A DNA stretch of 64,000 nucleotides from Octopus sinensis (Eukaryota), in NCBI RefSeq assembly GCF_006345805.1, contig NC_042997.1:42904001-42968000 (forward strand), read 5' to 3'. Below are positions 11,386-24,504 of the stretch, piece after piece. A program made the translations under genes and the position numbers. Numbering within the stretch: the first letter of the stretch is position 1; each line of letters starts with the position of its first letter. The notes beneath the pieces were generated by a model. That model saw nothing but the letters and a program-made list of their open reading frames with translations. It made no database searches and had not been told where the DNA came from.

Positions 11386-11788
11386 CGCATTCATAAAACA
11401 GTACCAAACTTTAAAATAAGCACAAGTCAGCATGGTACTATAGTAGAAGATACTTGCACAAGGTACCACGCAGTGAGACTGAACTTGAAACCATGTGGTT
11501 GGGAAACAAATTTCTCCACCACATAACCACAAGACTGACAATTTAAAAAGACATTAGTTCAGTAAAAAAAATAGAGCAAACTCATCATCTCATGCAGGTA
11601 TGGTTATGGGCACAAAAGTGGCTGAGTGCTAAGAAGTCTGCTGCTCAACCACATGGTTCCAGGTTTGGTCCCACTGTATGCACCTTAGGCAAGTATCTTT
11701 TACTAGAGGACCAAAACCTTGAGTGGATTTGGTAGAAGAAACTGAAAGAAGTTTGTCCCTCACACACGCACATACATGTATGTACAAT

Positions 11789-11998
11789 GGGGGTGCTGAA
11801 TAGTTCTGGCTTTAAGGGTACTGCAAAAGATCTGGTTAGATGCCCAACCTTCCAAATTCTTTTACAGGGCTTAGAAAAGCTGATGAACAACTGCAATAAG
11901 TGTGTGAATTTGAAAGGGTAATATGTTGAATGAAATCATAATTAACTGATTTTTCCTGTATTTTCTCTTATCCAAAGTCAGAAACTTTTCATCCCCCA
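11789..11998 (+). mobile_element. Internally deleted mariner (MITE-like)
   Basis: Ends GGGGGTGCTGAATAGTTCTGGCTTT and CAAAGTCAGAAACTTTTCATCCCCC are degenerate TIRs; the interior resembles the mariner C-terminus (GLEKL..CNKCV.LKG.YVE). Confidence 0.6.
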
Positions 11999-12117
11999 CC
12001 ATCACCACCAGTGTATGTATGCTTTTATGTTCGTGTTTGTTCCCCCCACACCTCTTGGCAACAAGTGCTGATTTGTTTAAGCCCTATAACTCGGCAGTTT
12101 GGAAAAAAAAAAAAAGA

Positions 12118-12273
12118 AGTGGCTGTATGGGTAAGTAGCTCGCTTACCAACCACATGGTTCTGGGTTCAATCCCACTGCATGGCACTTTGGGCAAAGTGT
12201 CTTCTATTATAGCCTCAGGCTAGCCAAAGCCTTGTGAGTGAATTTGGTAGACAGAAACTGAAAGAAGCCCATC

Positions 12274-12317
<44 letters not shown>

Positions 12318-12560
12318 TTGTGTGTCTGTGTTTGCCTCCCCCACCATCGCTTGACAATCGATGTTGGTATGTTTACATCCCTGTAACTTAGCGGTCCAAC
12401 AAAAAAAACCAATAAAATAAGTACTAGGTTTACAAAGAATAAGTCCGGGATCAATTTGAAACAAATAATAAGAATAATAGAATAAGTACCAGGCTTCAAA
12501 ACTTAAAAGTATTGGGGTCAATCTGTTCAACCGACCTCTTCAAGGTGGTGTTCCAACATG
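12118..12560 (+). mobile_element. SINE family A (diverged)
   Basis: Homology to 4773-5160. Confidence 0.8.
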
Positions 12561-14149
12561 GCCAGTAAAAGGTATCCACATCAACTAAATGTCATAGCCA
12601 CTACTTTAACAACTGCTACAGAAGTTGTCTGTATATCATTTTATGTATGTGTGTGTGTGTGATCATATATCTTACTTTTGCTCTTACTTTTCAGTGATAC
12701 AAAATTCCTTCCAATAAACCCTTTTTACTCTCTTTGCCTCTCCTTTTAACAAAACACTTAACCCTGTAACAGTATTCCCGGTCTCTTATTTCTCACTGTT
12801 ACTGTAGCCCCTTTCACTAAACACCTCTCTTCAACTAACCACTTCACAACATAACATAAATAGGTACACTAGCACATCAATATTATGGTTGGTGAAGATT
12901 TTATACTGATTGTTGATGGGAAAGATATATTATAATTCAAAATCTTTCTACAATTAATGAGTCTTATCATATGTACATAATTACAAAGTAGGGGCAATTA
13001 GAGTGTTCATCAGTTCTGGAAATAGAAGAAAATTACTACAATCTGGAACAAAAACCAGGCTGAAGAAAAAAGTTCTTTAAGAGCTTACCATTACTTTAGT
13101 ATGCTTGCTATGATATTTGTTGGTTCTTGACAGACCTAATCTTCAATATGACAGGTTCTGGCCTTGTTTTTGTCCTGATTCAGCTCTAACAACCCTCTTC
13201 ATCAGGGTAGCTCAGTGGAAGTGTCAATCTAGTCACTGATAACCACACGTTGTATTGGATTACATGTTACCAGTAGCACCTGACAACAATGAAAGATAAA
13301 TCTTGCTAGGATAAGATCTAGTCTTCTATCACATAACATCACCTAATAGTCTCATACCTACTCCCCTTGGTTGAGTAATATGAGTTAATCTAGAATCTGC
13401 TCTACCCTTAATCAACAACAAAATCCTAGCAACAGATTTGAACACTTGACCTATGAAAAGATAGTCAAATATCTGATTTAGTTAGCCATTCTACTTCTTC
13501 AAGTTTCTCATGAACCCTCAATTATTCACTAAGTGAAACATTAATCTCACTAGGAATAGTCTAACGAGCCTGCTAAGCTGTATTAACCCTTTATCATTCA
13601 GATTATTCTGTTAAATACAATGTTCATTTATCCAGTTGTTTTCTGTTAATCATATATCATCTTACAGCTGTGAGATTTTGATGGTGTGATTGTTTATTTT
13701 TAGATTGACATTGTAGGGTAGATGTGAGAGACCAGATCTGGCTGGTTTGAACATGAACAGGTAGAATATTTTGGCTGGATATGGCCAGTTTAAATGCTAT
13801 GGGGTGAAACAAAAAGTGGAAATAAATTAAACATTTGTATGAAGAGCCTGTGCTTGTGATACTATCCATAACATCTCAGAGAATGAATGTTGAAGCAGCC
13901 TTCTCTATGTAGCTATGAAAAGTTTAACTTTTATCGAACCAAATAAAGGTAATCATGATGTTTATGCCTTTCGAAGTCCCATTAGGCAAAATAAATGAAA
14001 AACCAGCCAGTAAGTAAACTCAGTTTTCAGCAATTCACCTTCTACTCTGTCATTTATGATTTCAGCATTTAAAATCACGAAATTAAAAACAACACAGAAA
14101 AAGAAAATTAATTTACATCACAAAACTAAATTAATCATGTAAATTTCAT

Positions 14150-14600
14150 CATCATCATCATCATCATCATTTAGCGTCCGTTTTCCATGCTAGCATGGGT
14201 TGGACGGTTCAACTGGGGTCTGGGGAGCCCGAAGGCTGCACCAGGCCAGTCAGATCTGGCAGTGTTTCTACAGCTGGATGCCCTTCCTAACGCCAACCAC
14301 TCCGAGAGTGTAGTGGGTGATTTTATGTGCCACCGACACAGGTGCCAGACGAGGCTGGCGAACGGCCACGCTCGGATGGTGTTTTTATGTGCCACCGACA
14401 CAGGTGCCAGACGAGGCTGGCAGACGGCCACGCTCGGATGGTGTTTTTATGTGCCACCGACACAGGTGCCAGATGAGGCTGGCGGACGGCCACGATCGGA
14501 TGGTGTTTGTTACGTCCCCAAAGCACGGAGGCCAGTCTATGCGGTACTGGCTACGGCCACGTTCGGATGATTTTCTTGTGTGCCACCGGCACTGGTACCA
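14150..14600 (-). mobile_element. SINE family B with four to five ~61-bp 5' tandem units
   Basis: (CAT)n at the left end, RTE-type tail in reverse, repeated GGTGTTTTTATGTGCCACCGACACAGGTGCCAGA units. Confidence 0.9.
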
Positions 14601-15604
14601 CAAAGATACAAATTCCATTTATGTTCATCTATTTTGATTTGTTTTGATTTGATTTGATTTGATTTGATTTGATTTAAATTATGAAAAAATAAAATTACTG
14701 AATACATTGTTCATGTCAAATTAAAATCATATATTCAAATTGATTTATTGTTGCTCTTTACTTTAAAAAAATGAGAAAGAAAAAGCTCCACCCATATCCT
14801 ATAAAACTCAAAAAGAATTTTAATTTTGAGAATCCATTTTAGAAAATAGCCATAAATGGCATTAATAATGATTGATTCAATCATTTAGCTTTATCAAAGT
14901 AAAATTCTTCTGCAAATTTACTTTACAAATGGGTAATCATCATCATCATCATCATCATAATCATCATCATCAATGTGATCTTCATTTTTATGTCCACTTT
15001 TCCATAATTACATTGGTCAGACAAAATTTATAATGGCAGATTTTTTTACAGATGGCTAACCTTCTTGTGGCTAACTTTCATTGGTTTCCAAGAAAGGTAA
15101 TATTTCTTCATGGCCAGATATGTTTATCACAGAAGACTGGAAAAGAATGACACCGCTTATGACAGTCCCACTTGTTTTCAACCATGTATGGACATTAGAA
15201 ACACACTAATATACATACATATGTGTGTATGTGTACACATATATATATATATATGTATATACAGGGTGTCATGAATAGACTGTTGTCTAAATTATGCAAA
15301 AGTGAAAATAACATTGACATCTCATTTTAACAGATATCCATATATATTTAACTCAGTGTGTGTGTGTGTGTGTGTGTGTGTAAACCCGCATAACTTCTGA
15401 AGTTCGCAACTGATCTCCAAACTGGGAACATACATTACTTATATACCACAGATGGTTTTAGACTCTTAAATTTTTTCACGTAATGAGTAATGGGACCTCT
15501 TGGGGCAGAAAAACCCATTTCCTGTGGTACACATGACTACTATGGATCATTAGTTTTGGCAAGAAAAAATAAAGTCAGATATTTTTTTTAATACACCTCA
15601 TATA

Positions 15605-16879
15605 CAAGGGGTGTTCATTAAAGGTTTCCTCTGATCCACTTCTCAAGGACTGGGATAAACAAAACTTGGCATAATTATTAGTCCTTTTCTGCATAGCCAC
15701 CACTAATGGTGACACACTTCTCCCATTACTTTATGCAGCTGTGAAACCCTTGTCTCTAGAAGTTGGTAGGCTGCATCTGAAGCCAAGACTTTACCTTGGA
15801 AGTTCATCATCATCCAAAAAATGCTTTTGCTTCAAAAAGATCTCATGGTTGGAAGAAGGTGGAAGTTAGATGGTGCAAGGTTGAGAGAGTAAGGGGGATG
15901 AGGAAGGATTTCATAGTTGCAAGAGTGTACTTTCATCTGCGCAACATGTGCATTGTGATCTGGGGCATTGTCTTGGAGGAGGCGAACTCCTTTGGTCAGC
16001 ATTCCACGCTGCTCTGCTTTGATTGTGTCCCACGATTTCTGTAGCAGAGAAGCATAATATGCCCTGTTCATTGTGGCGCCCTTTGCTACAAAATCTATCA
16101 TCACTCCTACGCTGGCCCAAAAGACTGTGAGCATTACCTTGTCTGCTGAGAGTTGGATACAAGCCTTCTTTGGAGATGGTGAGTTATCATGCTTACATTC
16201 TTTGAGTGGACTTTAGTCTCAGGATCATAGTGATGGACCCATGTTTCATCCTGTGTGATAAGTCTGCAAAAAAATTCCTTGTTTTCTTGGCATATTGCCA
16301 AAAGAACCTGGGAGCAACTGACTCGTTCCTGCTTCTGAAAAGGTATGAGCATCCAGGAAATCCATCATGCAGACAACTTCTTCGTGAGCAAATGGTCGTG
16401 AATGATTTTTTTCCATGGACCTTACACTTATCTTCACTTCTTGGGCTAGTTGCCAAATAGTTATATGGCAATCCTCCAAAATGGCGCTTCTACTTTATGG
16501 ATGGTGTCATCATCAATGGCAGAATATGGTCATCCAGGAAGAGGAGCAGTTTCCACCGATGTCCAACCACATTTGAATTGGCGATGTCAGTGCTTGACTA
16601 TATCATATGATGGTGCATTGTCACTATAAACTTCTTTCATTCCATCTCTTTTGGTGTTCGACCTTTCAAGTATAAGAACCTGATCCCTGATCTGCATTCA
16701 ACTTCCTCCATTATAACACCTAAGTCCACTTCCGCAGCCGTGAAAGGCAAATAAATACTATTAGAAAGGTGCAATTTACAATGTGACATGTAGAGACGTG
16801 TATGATTATACTTGTACAGGCTCTGTTTCCTGCAATAACTGCAGGTGGGTCAAAGGAAATATTTAATGAACACCCCTTG
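15605..16879 (-). mobile_element. Full-length (1275 bp) decayed mariner (DD34D) transposon
   Basis: TA target duplication; about 35-bp TIRs CAAGGGGTGTTCATTAAA... (4 mismatches); motifs ITQDETWVHHYDPETK, LLQDNAP and HPPYSLNLAPSNF; multiple stops and frameshifts. Confidence 0.92.
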
Positions 16880-17350
16880 TACATATGTGTGTGTACACAC
16901 ACACACACACACACTACATTTTTTGTCAATTTTATCAAATATACAAGTCTTACTAATGCAGACTAACCCACTCATGTTAGACTCTATTTTACCATACAAA
17001 TACACATGTGCATACATACACACATATGTAAACACACACAGACATAGATGATGGGCTTTTTTCAAAATCCACTCACAAGGTATTGGTCAACCTGGAGTTA
17101 TAGTAGAAGACACTCACCCAAGGTGCTGAGTAGTGGGACTGAACTCAAAACTGCATGGCTAGGAACCAACTTCTAAAACACACAGCCACATGTGAACCTC
17201 TGATATATTACCTGTATGATAATTCTTATATCAATTGGACATTTTGATCAATTCTCTACTCTAGTTATTTTGTTTAATTCAGCAAACATGTATTCTTGAC
17301 ACATCTCTAAAACAACAGAGACTGTCTTTCTCTCATATGCAGACCCATAC

Positions 17351-17424
17351 ATTGAATAACAGCTTCCTCACAATAGCTTAAGAGCCAATGCAGAATCTCA
17401 TTAAGATCAGATGAATTGCAACAG
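17351..17424 (-). CDS. Candidate internal exon (CCNSSDLNEILHWLLSYCEEAVIQ)
   Basis: Sits in a 60-codon open frame in non-repeat DNA; acceptor ttacag, donor T|gtatgg; boundaries uncertain. Confidence 0.3.
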
Positions 17425-18579
17425 CTGTAACTTTTAGGAGTTTGATCAGATCCAGTCATTAGAATGGGTAACCACAGACATGCACCAGCTCAATTATCAG
17501 TTACTAGGGTCAGTCAATTTGCTTATTTTACTCTGTGCCAGTGCCATGTCCTATACAAGTGACATGTAAAAGCACCCGTGCTGGTGCTATATAAAAAAAC
17601 ACCCAGTACACTCTGTAAAGTGATTGGCATTAAGAAGGGCATCCAGCTGTAGAAATCATGCTAAAACAGCTGACTGGAGCCTGGTATATCCCCACCCAGG
17701 CTTGCCAGCTCCTGTCAAACCATCCAACCCATGTCAGACAGTAACCCTTTGGCATTTAAACCAGCCAAAATATTTTGAGCTGTCTGATGTTCAAACTGGC
17801 CACATCTGGCCTCTCACATCTACCTGACAATGTCATTGTAAAAATATACAATCACATCATTGAAATGTCAAAGCTACAAGGCAATGCATGATTAATTTAA
17901 AACAAAGTGAATAAATAAGTATTAAATCTGAATGCTAGATGATAATGATGATGACCCTGAAGAATCAGCTAGAGTCAATGATGTACTGAGGAGGGCTTCA
18001 CAAGATCAAATTTTCCCATGGCTTAACAATTTCAATATGAATGATCTATAAAGAATTAGAGGATATTTTTCAATATTATTTCAAAATGATTAAAATGCTA
18101 AGTGCACCGGACATAGATCTGTTATGAGTCCTAGAACTTATAGAACTAGAGCTTAACCCAGTTTACATGTGAGTGAGATTGCAACACAAGGTCCACTTCC
18201 AAAGCTATTGCTGGAATTCATTTATGGCTGAGTAAACTGGAGTAATGAGAAATGAAATGTTTCGCTCAAGAACACAACATAATGCCCTGTCCAGGAATCG
18301 AAACCATGATCTTATGTTTGTGAGTGAAACAACCTATCCTAAATGCAACAGACTAGATACTATTTACTATGTGACAACATATGCATACCACCTTACTGAA
18401 ATATATAACCTATATACTAAGCTTGCCAATTTTACATTATTCAGTCCTCCTCCAAGATTGAATCAATACAAAACTAGGTTAAAAAATACTTGAAGGATCT
18501 GAGAAAACAACTGACAGGTCCTATTCAGGCTCATTTATCACAAAATCTAACGCATGCATACTTCTCTATTATCATTTCA

Positions 18580-19460
18580 GCAGTCGATTTTATTTTTTCC
18601 TGCATGCTTTTACTGCACTACTAAAAGCAGCTCTGTGTGCCTTGGATATGTGCTACACTTAGCCTTGGTGCTGTTATTTTTACTCTATCAACAGTGCTTT
18701 ACGTGCAGTTCCTAGCAGTGCTATTTTCTACATGTTATATGTTTGTTTGTTTTCCAGTTTCAGCTCTTGAGCTGTGGCCATGCTGGGGCACCGCCATTGT
18801 AGTCACAAGTCTAAGAATTTTGGTTATGTATTTGTCTGCACATTTTTGATCATACCTAAAACAACTATTGTTATATGAATGGGTTCCATTTTCAGGCCCC
18901 GCATTCAGGTTACTTCTATTTCCAGATCTTTGTATTTTGATAGTTTCTCATTTCTTTTACAGAACGTTGCCAGCGCCGCCTTGGCTGGCTTCCGTGCCGC
19001 TGGCACGTTAAAAGCTCCAACCGATCGTGGACGATGCCAGACATCCCCTGGCACCTGTGCAGGTGGCATGTAAAAAGTACCCACTACACTCACGGAGTGG
19101 TTGGCGTTAGGAAGGGCATCCAGCAGTAGAAACTCTGCCAGATCAGACTGGAGCCTGGAGCAGCCCCTGGCTTCCCAGACCCCGGTCGAACCGTCCAACC
19201 CGTGCTAGCGCGGAAGACGGACGTTAAACGATGATGATGATGATACCTCGTCATCTTTTGGGACTGATATTTCAATTAGGATGCATTTTTTTGTCTTGGT
19301 GATTTTTGACCACAATATCTGATCAATTAGTTTTGATCTCCCTATTTGTGTAAATTAACATATCCCAGAGTATCATTTTCTGAGACCTTTTCTGGGTATG
19401 CCTATACTAGCTCTTTTCTGTCTGCATTCTATAGTGCTGACACAACTTCAGTGTATGTAA
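18580..19460 (-). mobile_element. Decayed R4/Dong-like LINE 3' end (restriction-like endonuclease region), interrupted by a family B SINE at about 18965-19245
   Basis: ILWDM...IKTN*SDIVVK...CILIEISVP, EKLSKYKDLEIEVT and KIALLGTA match the RLE C-terminus of R4-clade elements. Confidence 0.7.
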
Positions 19461-19701
19461 GTTCTTACTCTGTCCTGTCTGTGAATATATAATTATCAAA
19501 AATAAAAGAAATTACTATTATCATTATTATTATAGTTTAGTATTGTAAGGTAGTGAAACATCTATCAACTACATACAGCATTTTACCATGGTATGTATCT
19601 ACAATAACTTTGGCCATTAAGAGCCAAATGTTTGAGAGATGAGGTGCCAGATACAATAGCACAGCACTAAAGATAGGATTAAAAAGATATATATATATAT
19701 A

Positions 19702-20097
19702 TGGAGTGGCTGTGTGGTAAGTAGCTTGCTAAACAACCACATGGTTCCGGGTTCAGTCCCACTGCGTGGCATCTTGGGCAAGTGTCTTCTGCTATAGCCC
19801 TGGGCCGACCAATGCCTTGTGAGTGGATTTGGTAGACGGAAACTGAAAGAAGCCCGTTGTATATATGTATATATATATATGCGTGTGTGTGTTTGTGTGT
19901 CTGTTTGTCCCCTAGCATTGCTTGACAACCGATGCTGGTGTGTTTACGTCCCCGTCACTTAGCGGTTCGGCAAAAAAGACTGATAGAATAAGTACTGGGC
20001 TTACAAAGAATAAGTCCCGGGGTCGATTTGCTCGACTAAAGGCGGTGCTCCAGCATGGCCACAGTCATATGACTGAAAAGAGTAAAAGAGTAAAGAG
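19702..20097 (+). mobile_element. SINE family A (young)
   Basis: Near-identical to the 4773 and 58128 copies; (AAAGAGT)n tail. Confidence 0.9.
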
Positions 20098-20247
20098 TAT
20101 GCATATATTAATCATTTAGACCCTACGCCAACTTGCAATTGACTCAGCTGGCTGCAACATTGAAAATAAGCCTCAAAGAACACTGCCATGCAATGAAATT
20201 TGTCTTTTGCATCAGAAATCATTGTCATGAAGTAGAAAATATACAAT

Positions 20248-20706
20248 CATCATCATCATCAACATTTAGCGTCCGTTTTCCATGCTAGCATGGGTTGAAC
20301 GGTTCAACTGGGGTCTGTGAAGCTGGAAGGCTTCATCAGGCCCAGTCAGATCTGGCAGTGTTTCTACGGCTGGATGCCCTTCCTAACGCCAACCACTCCG
20401 TGAGTGCAGTGGGTGCTTTTTACGTGCCACCCGCACAGGTGCCAGACAGAGCTGGCAAACGGCCACTAACGGATGGTGCTTTTACGTGTCACCGGCACGG
20501 GGGCCAGGCGAGGCTGGCAACGGACACGAACGGATGGTGCTTTTACGTGCCACCGACACGGGGGCCAGACAGAGTTGGCAAACGGCCATGAATGGATGGT
20601 GCTTTTACGTGCCACCGACACGGGGGCCAGACAGAGCTGGCAAACGGCCACGAACGGATGGTGCTTTTACGTGTCACCGGCACGGGGGCCAGGCGAGGCT
20701 GGCAAC
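20248..20706 (-). mobile_element. SINE family B with five ~62-bp 5' tandem units
   Basis: GGTGCTTTT recurs at 20412, 20475, 20536, 20598 and 20660. Confidence 0.9.
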
Positions 20707-21589
20707 AATGAACAAATAAAATAAGAATAAATCCTTTCCTAGTGAAAAACCTAAATTTTAAAACTAAAACACATTGGAGAAGATTGGAGAAGCAGTTTTT
20801 TTTTTAATGAACCATTCAATTTTGTTTTTAGTATTAGCTAAATCCAACTGCAGCATATTACATGTAATTAGAAATATCAGGTTGTTTGATATAAGACAAT
20901 CCAAACAGTGGGGTCAAAACAAAAAGCATAGAGAAATCTAAATTTGCAAATTTGCAAACTACACTCATTTTCACATCTACTTTGGCAAATTTTCTGTAGC
21001 TGGATGCCTTTCCTGTTACCAATCCTCCTGTTTAGAAGCAAGGTAATATTTCCTCATGGCCACATGTTTTTAATGGAAGATTAAAAACGAACGACAATGC
21101 TTGCATAATGGTGACAACATCATTCCACATTAAGACAAGGGAACACACACACACACACACACCCAAACACACACGACTGGTTTCTTTCAGCTTCCATGTA
21201 CAAAATCCACTCACAAGGCTTTGGTTGGCTCAGGCCAACCAAAGATACTTGCCCAAGGTGTTGTGGAGTAGGACTGAACCTGAAACTACATGGCTAGGAT
21301 GCAAGGTTCTTAACCCCACATCTATGCCTGAAACAAAGTACATATGTAATTTTAAAGATTTGAAAAGCTAAAATTCTTTGTCATATACAATTTTAAAAGA
21401 CACCTCTCCCACACTCCAAAATTGAAAAATTCTAAAAAAAGGTTTTAGTCTAAAAGGTTAATATACTCAAACTGGTTGACTCAATATAAACCCACCCACA
21501 CACAACTAAAAAATATGACTGTTCTAACATGCATCACCTGTTTAACACAAAAGAAATATGATTACTCTGATACACATATATATATTTCT

Positions 21590-21813
21590 TTACTACCCAC
21601 AAGGAGTTAGACACAGAGGGGACAAACAGGGACAGACAAACGGATTAAGTCGATTCCATCGACCCCAGTGCGTAACTGGTACTTAATATATCGACCCCGA
21701 AAGGATGAAAGGCAAAGTCGACCTCGGCGGAATTTGAACTAGGAACACAGCGGCGGACGAAATACCCCTAAGCAGTTCGCCCGGCGTGCTAACGTTTCTG
21801 CCAGCTAACCGCC
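21590..21813 (-). mobile_element. SINE family D (tRNA-like head; GGTCGACTTTGCCTTTCATCCTTTCGGGGTCGAT core)
   Basis: Related copies at about 10060-10200, 10640-10860, 36915-37025, 45110-45265 and 63570-63790. Confidence 0.8.
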
Positions 21814-21836
21814 TTTATATACACATATATACATGA

Positions 21837-22350
21837 CTAGCAGTATCGCCCGGCGTTGCTCGGGTTTGTAAGGGAAATAACTATATAAGCATTTTTAGAG
21901 AGTTACTTCCCTTATAGATGCCAATTCGGGCTTTCTTAGCCATTTCTGTTTTGGTGTCTTCAAGCCATGAAGTCGTTGTTCTAAAAGAACACTGGTCTCC
22001 TTGACAACACTTTACGACGTTGATTTCCTTACACTCCCTTCCCCACAGCTTCACGAGGGAGGGAAGAAGGGGGAGAAGCAAACAGGTGCAGGTGTGACCA
22101 TGGACGCCAACTCCGCCGCCATCGACACACGAAAAATTATGCATTAAAATGGAATAAAAAATGATGTTAAATTATTTTTAAAATCGTAGACTCATCGTAG
22201 ACGCGCGCTAATAGTCAGACGGGCTCGATATGAATCACGACTATAAGATACCCGGTTTTGGTTAAACTGCACCGCAAAATGTGGGAGTAGTTAGGAATCT
22301 AAATCGAAGGGGACAGACACTCACACAACTACAGTTTTATATATACATGA
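21837..22350 (-). mobile_element. Non-autonomous Helitron
   Basis: Minus strand 5'-TC...subterminal hairpin CCCGAGCAACGCCGGG...CTAG-3', inserted between A and T; homologous to 47362-47761. Confidence 0.85.
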
Positions 22351-22700
22351 TATATCTAATATTATGATAAATATATAGATCATACACACTTCATCTTTCT
22401 AACAATGTGGACAGCATTTGCTAACGCATTGGAGAAATTTTCAGTTAAAGATTGCCATTTTAGTTCTCTGCTTTCTGCTATTCTAGTTTCATTAGCATTG
22501 GACAGGAAGAAGAACGCTTTTAAAGGCAGATCAAAGAAACAATGCATTGTAATAAGCACACATTTATTAGTAATGCAGGCATGCATGCACACACATAAAC
22601 ACAGATCTCCCAGTGATAGGTTGGTTGCTTTGTATTCGATCTTTCTTCAATACAATTTTATTTTAGAGTAAATGGCTATGAAAAAAATTTGCTAGTCAGC

Positions 22701-22852
22701 GAGAGGGGAGAGTGTGAACACTAAGAGAGAGAGAGGGGAGAGTGTGAACACTAAGAGAGAGAGAGGGGAGAGTGTGAACACTAAGAGAGAGAGGGGAGAG
22801 TGTGAACACTAAGAGAGAGAGAGGGGAGAGTGTGAACACTAAGAGAGAGAGG
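22701..22852. repeat. ~30-bp minisatellite (GAGAGGGGAGAGTGTGAACACTAAGA(GA)n), five copies
   Basis: Direct reading. Confidence 0.95.
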
Positions 22853-23093
22853 TAGTAATAATCAAATTAAGATAAAAACTGACATTCTGTCCTCTGGTTC
22901 TTTTCTCAATCAATTAGTTTAAATGTTAATGCTATTGTCTTTGCAGTGCAATCAGTTGGCACATCGGTGGATGTAATGTTTGTTCTAATTTTTAGTAATT
23001 AGTATGTGCAAAAAAGAAAATCCTATATTGAGCTAATTCATTTCAAGACAAAAGAATGAGTGCACTAAATGCATTAGGTCTACAGTGAGCCCC

Positions 23094-23474
23094 GTGGAGG
23101 CGCAATGGCCCAGTGGTTAGGGCAGCGGACTCGCGGTCCGAGGGTCGTGGTTTCGATTCCCAGTCCGGGCGTTGTGTGTGTTTATTGAGCGAAAACACCT
23201 AAAGCTCCACGAGGCTCCGGCAGGGGGTGGTGGCGACCCCTGTTGTACTCTTTCGCCTCAACTTTCTCTCACTCCACTCTTACTTCCTGTTTCTGTTGTA
23301 CCTGTATTTCAAGGGGCCGGCCTTGTCATGCTGAGTATCCCCAAGAACTACGTTAAGGGTGCACGTGTCTGTGGAGTGCTCAGCCAGTTACACATTAATT
23401 TCACGAGCAGGCTGTTCCGTTGATTCGGATCAACCGGAACCCTCGTTGTCGTAACCGACGGAGTGCTTCCATCC
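23094..23474 (+). mobile_element. SINE family C (tRNA-derived) with 12-bp TSD
   Basis: A/B-box head GTGGAGGCGCAATGGCCCAGTGG...GGTTTCGATTCCC; TSD ACAGTGAGCCCC at 23082-23093 and 23475-23486. Confidence 0.92.
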
Positions 23475-24504
23475 ACAGTGAGCCCCAAGACTCATAAAGC
23501 CAGAACAAAATCCAATTTTCATGGCATAAAAGTGACTGAGATGACACGTTCCTCCTGGACAGCAGCTAGTCCATCACACAGGTAACTTCTTGGTTGTTGC
23601 TGAAACTCATTTTTCAGCTGAGTGGACTGAAAAGAAGTGTCTTACTTAAGAATAAAACACACCACCTGATCTAGGAACTGAAACCCTAATTTTACAATTG
23701 TGAGTGCAACGTGCTACACACAAGACCCGTCACTTAGTGGTTTGGCAAAAGAGACCGATAGAATAAGTACTGGGCTTACAAAAGAATAAGTCTCGGGGTC
23801 GATTTCGTTCGACTAAAGGCGGTGCTCCAGCATGGCCGCAGTCAACTGACTGAAACAAGTAAAAGAGTAAAAGAGTAAAGAGAGTATCCTTCAAAACAAG
23901 AGACCTTAGTAAACCAAGGGTGAAAAGCTAGTTACTTGACAAGACAAAACCTCATATCAACTTAAACATTCTTTCAGTGATGACATACAAAAACATTCAG
24001 ATACACTTTTGGAAGAAGAAGAAAAAGTAAATAAATAAATAAATTCCCATTAGAAAAGAAAAACAGGAAAACATCTTATCTCTTTCATAACATCAATATT
24101 ATTTTAATTAATGGAATTACCTTAAACATGATGCAAATATGTAGCTATCTGGTAATAGCATTATTTTCTTTTCTCTTTCCTTAAACCTATTGGCAACTTA
24201 AAAGTCAAGGATCACCTTTGCTGGTGCTAAGTGGAGCTCTAGCAATTTATTCTACATTATTTCCCATGAAAATCATGATAACAGGGGAATCATTAAACCA
24301 ATTAAAACCATCCTTATAAACAGAATCCTCTAATTACAGATGCAATTTCATTCAATAAGGTTATTTATGCTATGAAATATTCTGAAGAATGTTACAAGGA
24401 TTGCCCCTCATAGAATGAGAAACATTTTCTTCAGCCTACAGAACCCCTCTATTTTACTAACTGGCTCTTTTCACGAGAGGTTTTTCCTCTAAGATGATTC
24501 ATAC

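Noticed and set aside
20400-20706. CRISPR-like periodic repeats (~62-bp units; also 14310-14600 and 22701-22852)
   Set aside because: Eukaryotic context, no cas genes, and the inter-repeat sequences are homologous rather than unique spacers.
23094-23170. tRNA gene candidates (also 61690-61760, 63022-63100 and family A/D heads)
   Set aside because: A/B boxes are present, but there is no intact acceptor stem, and the heads run into SINE bodies with TSDs.
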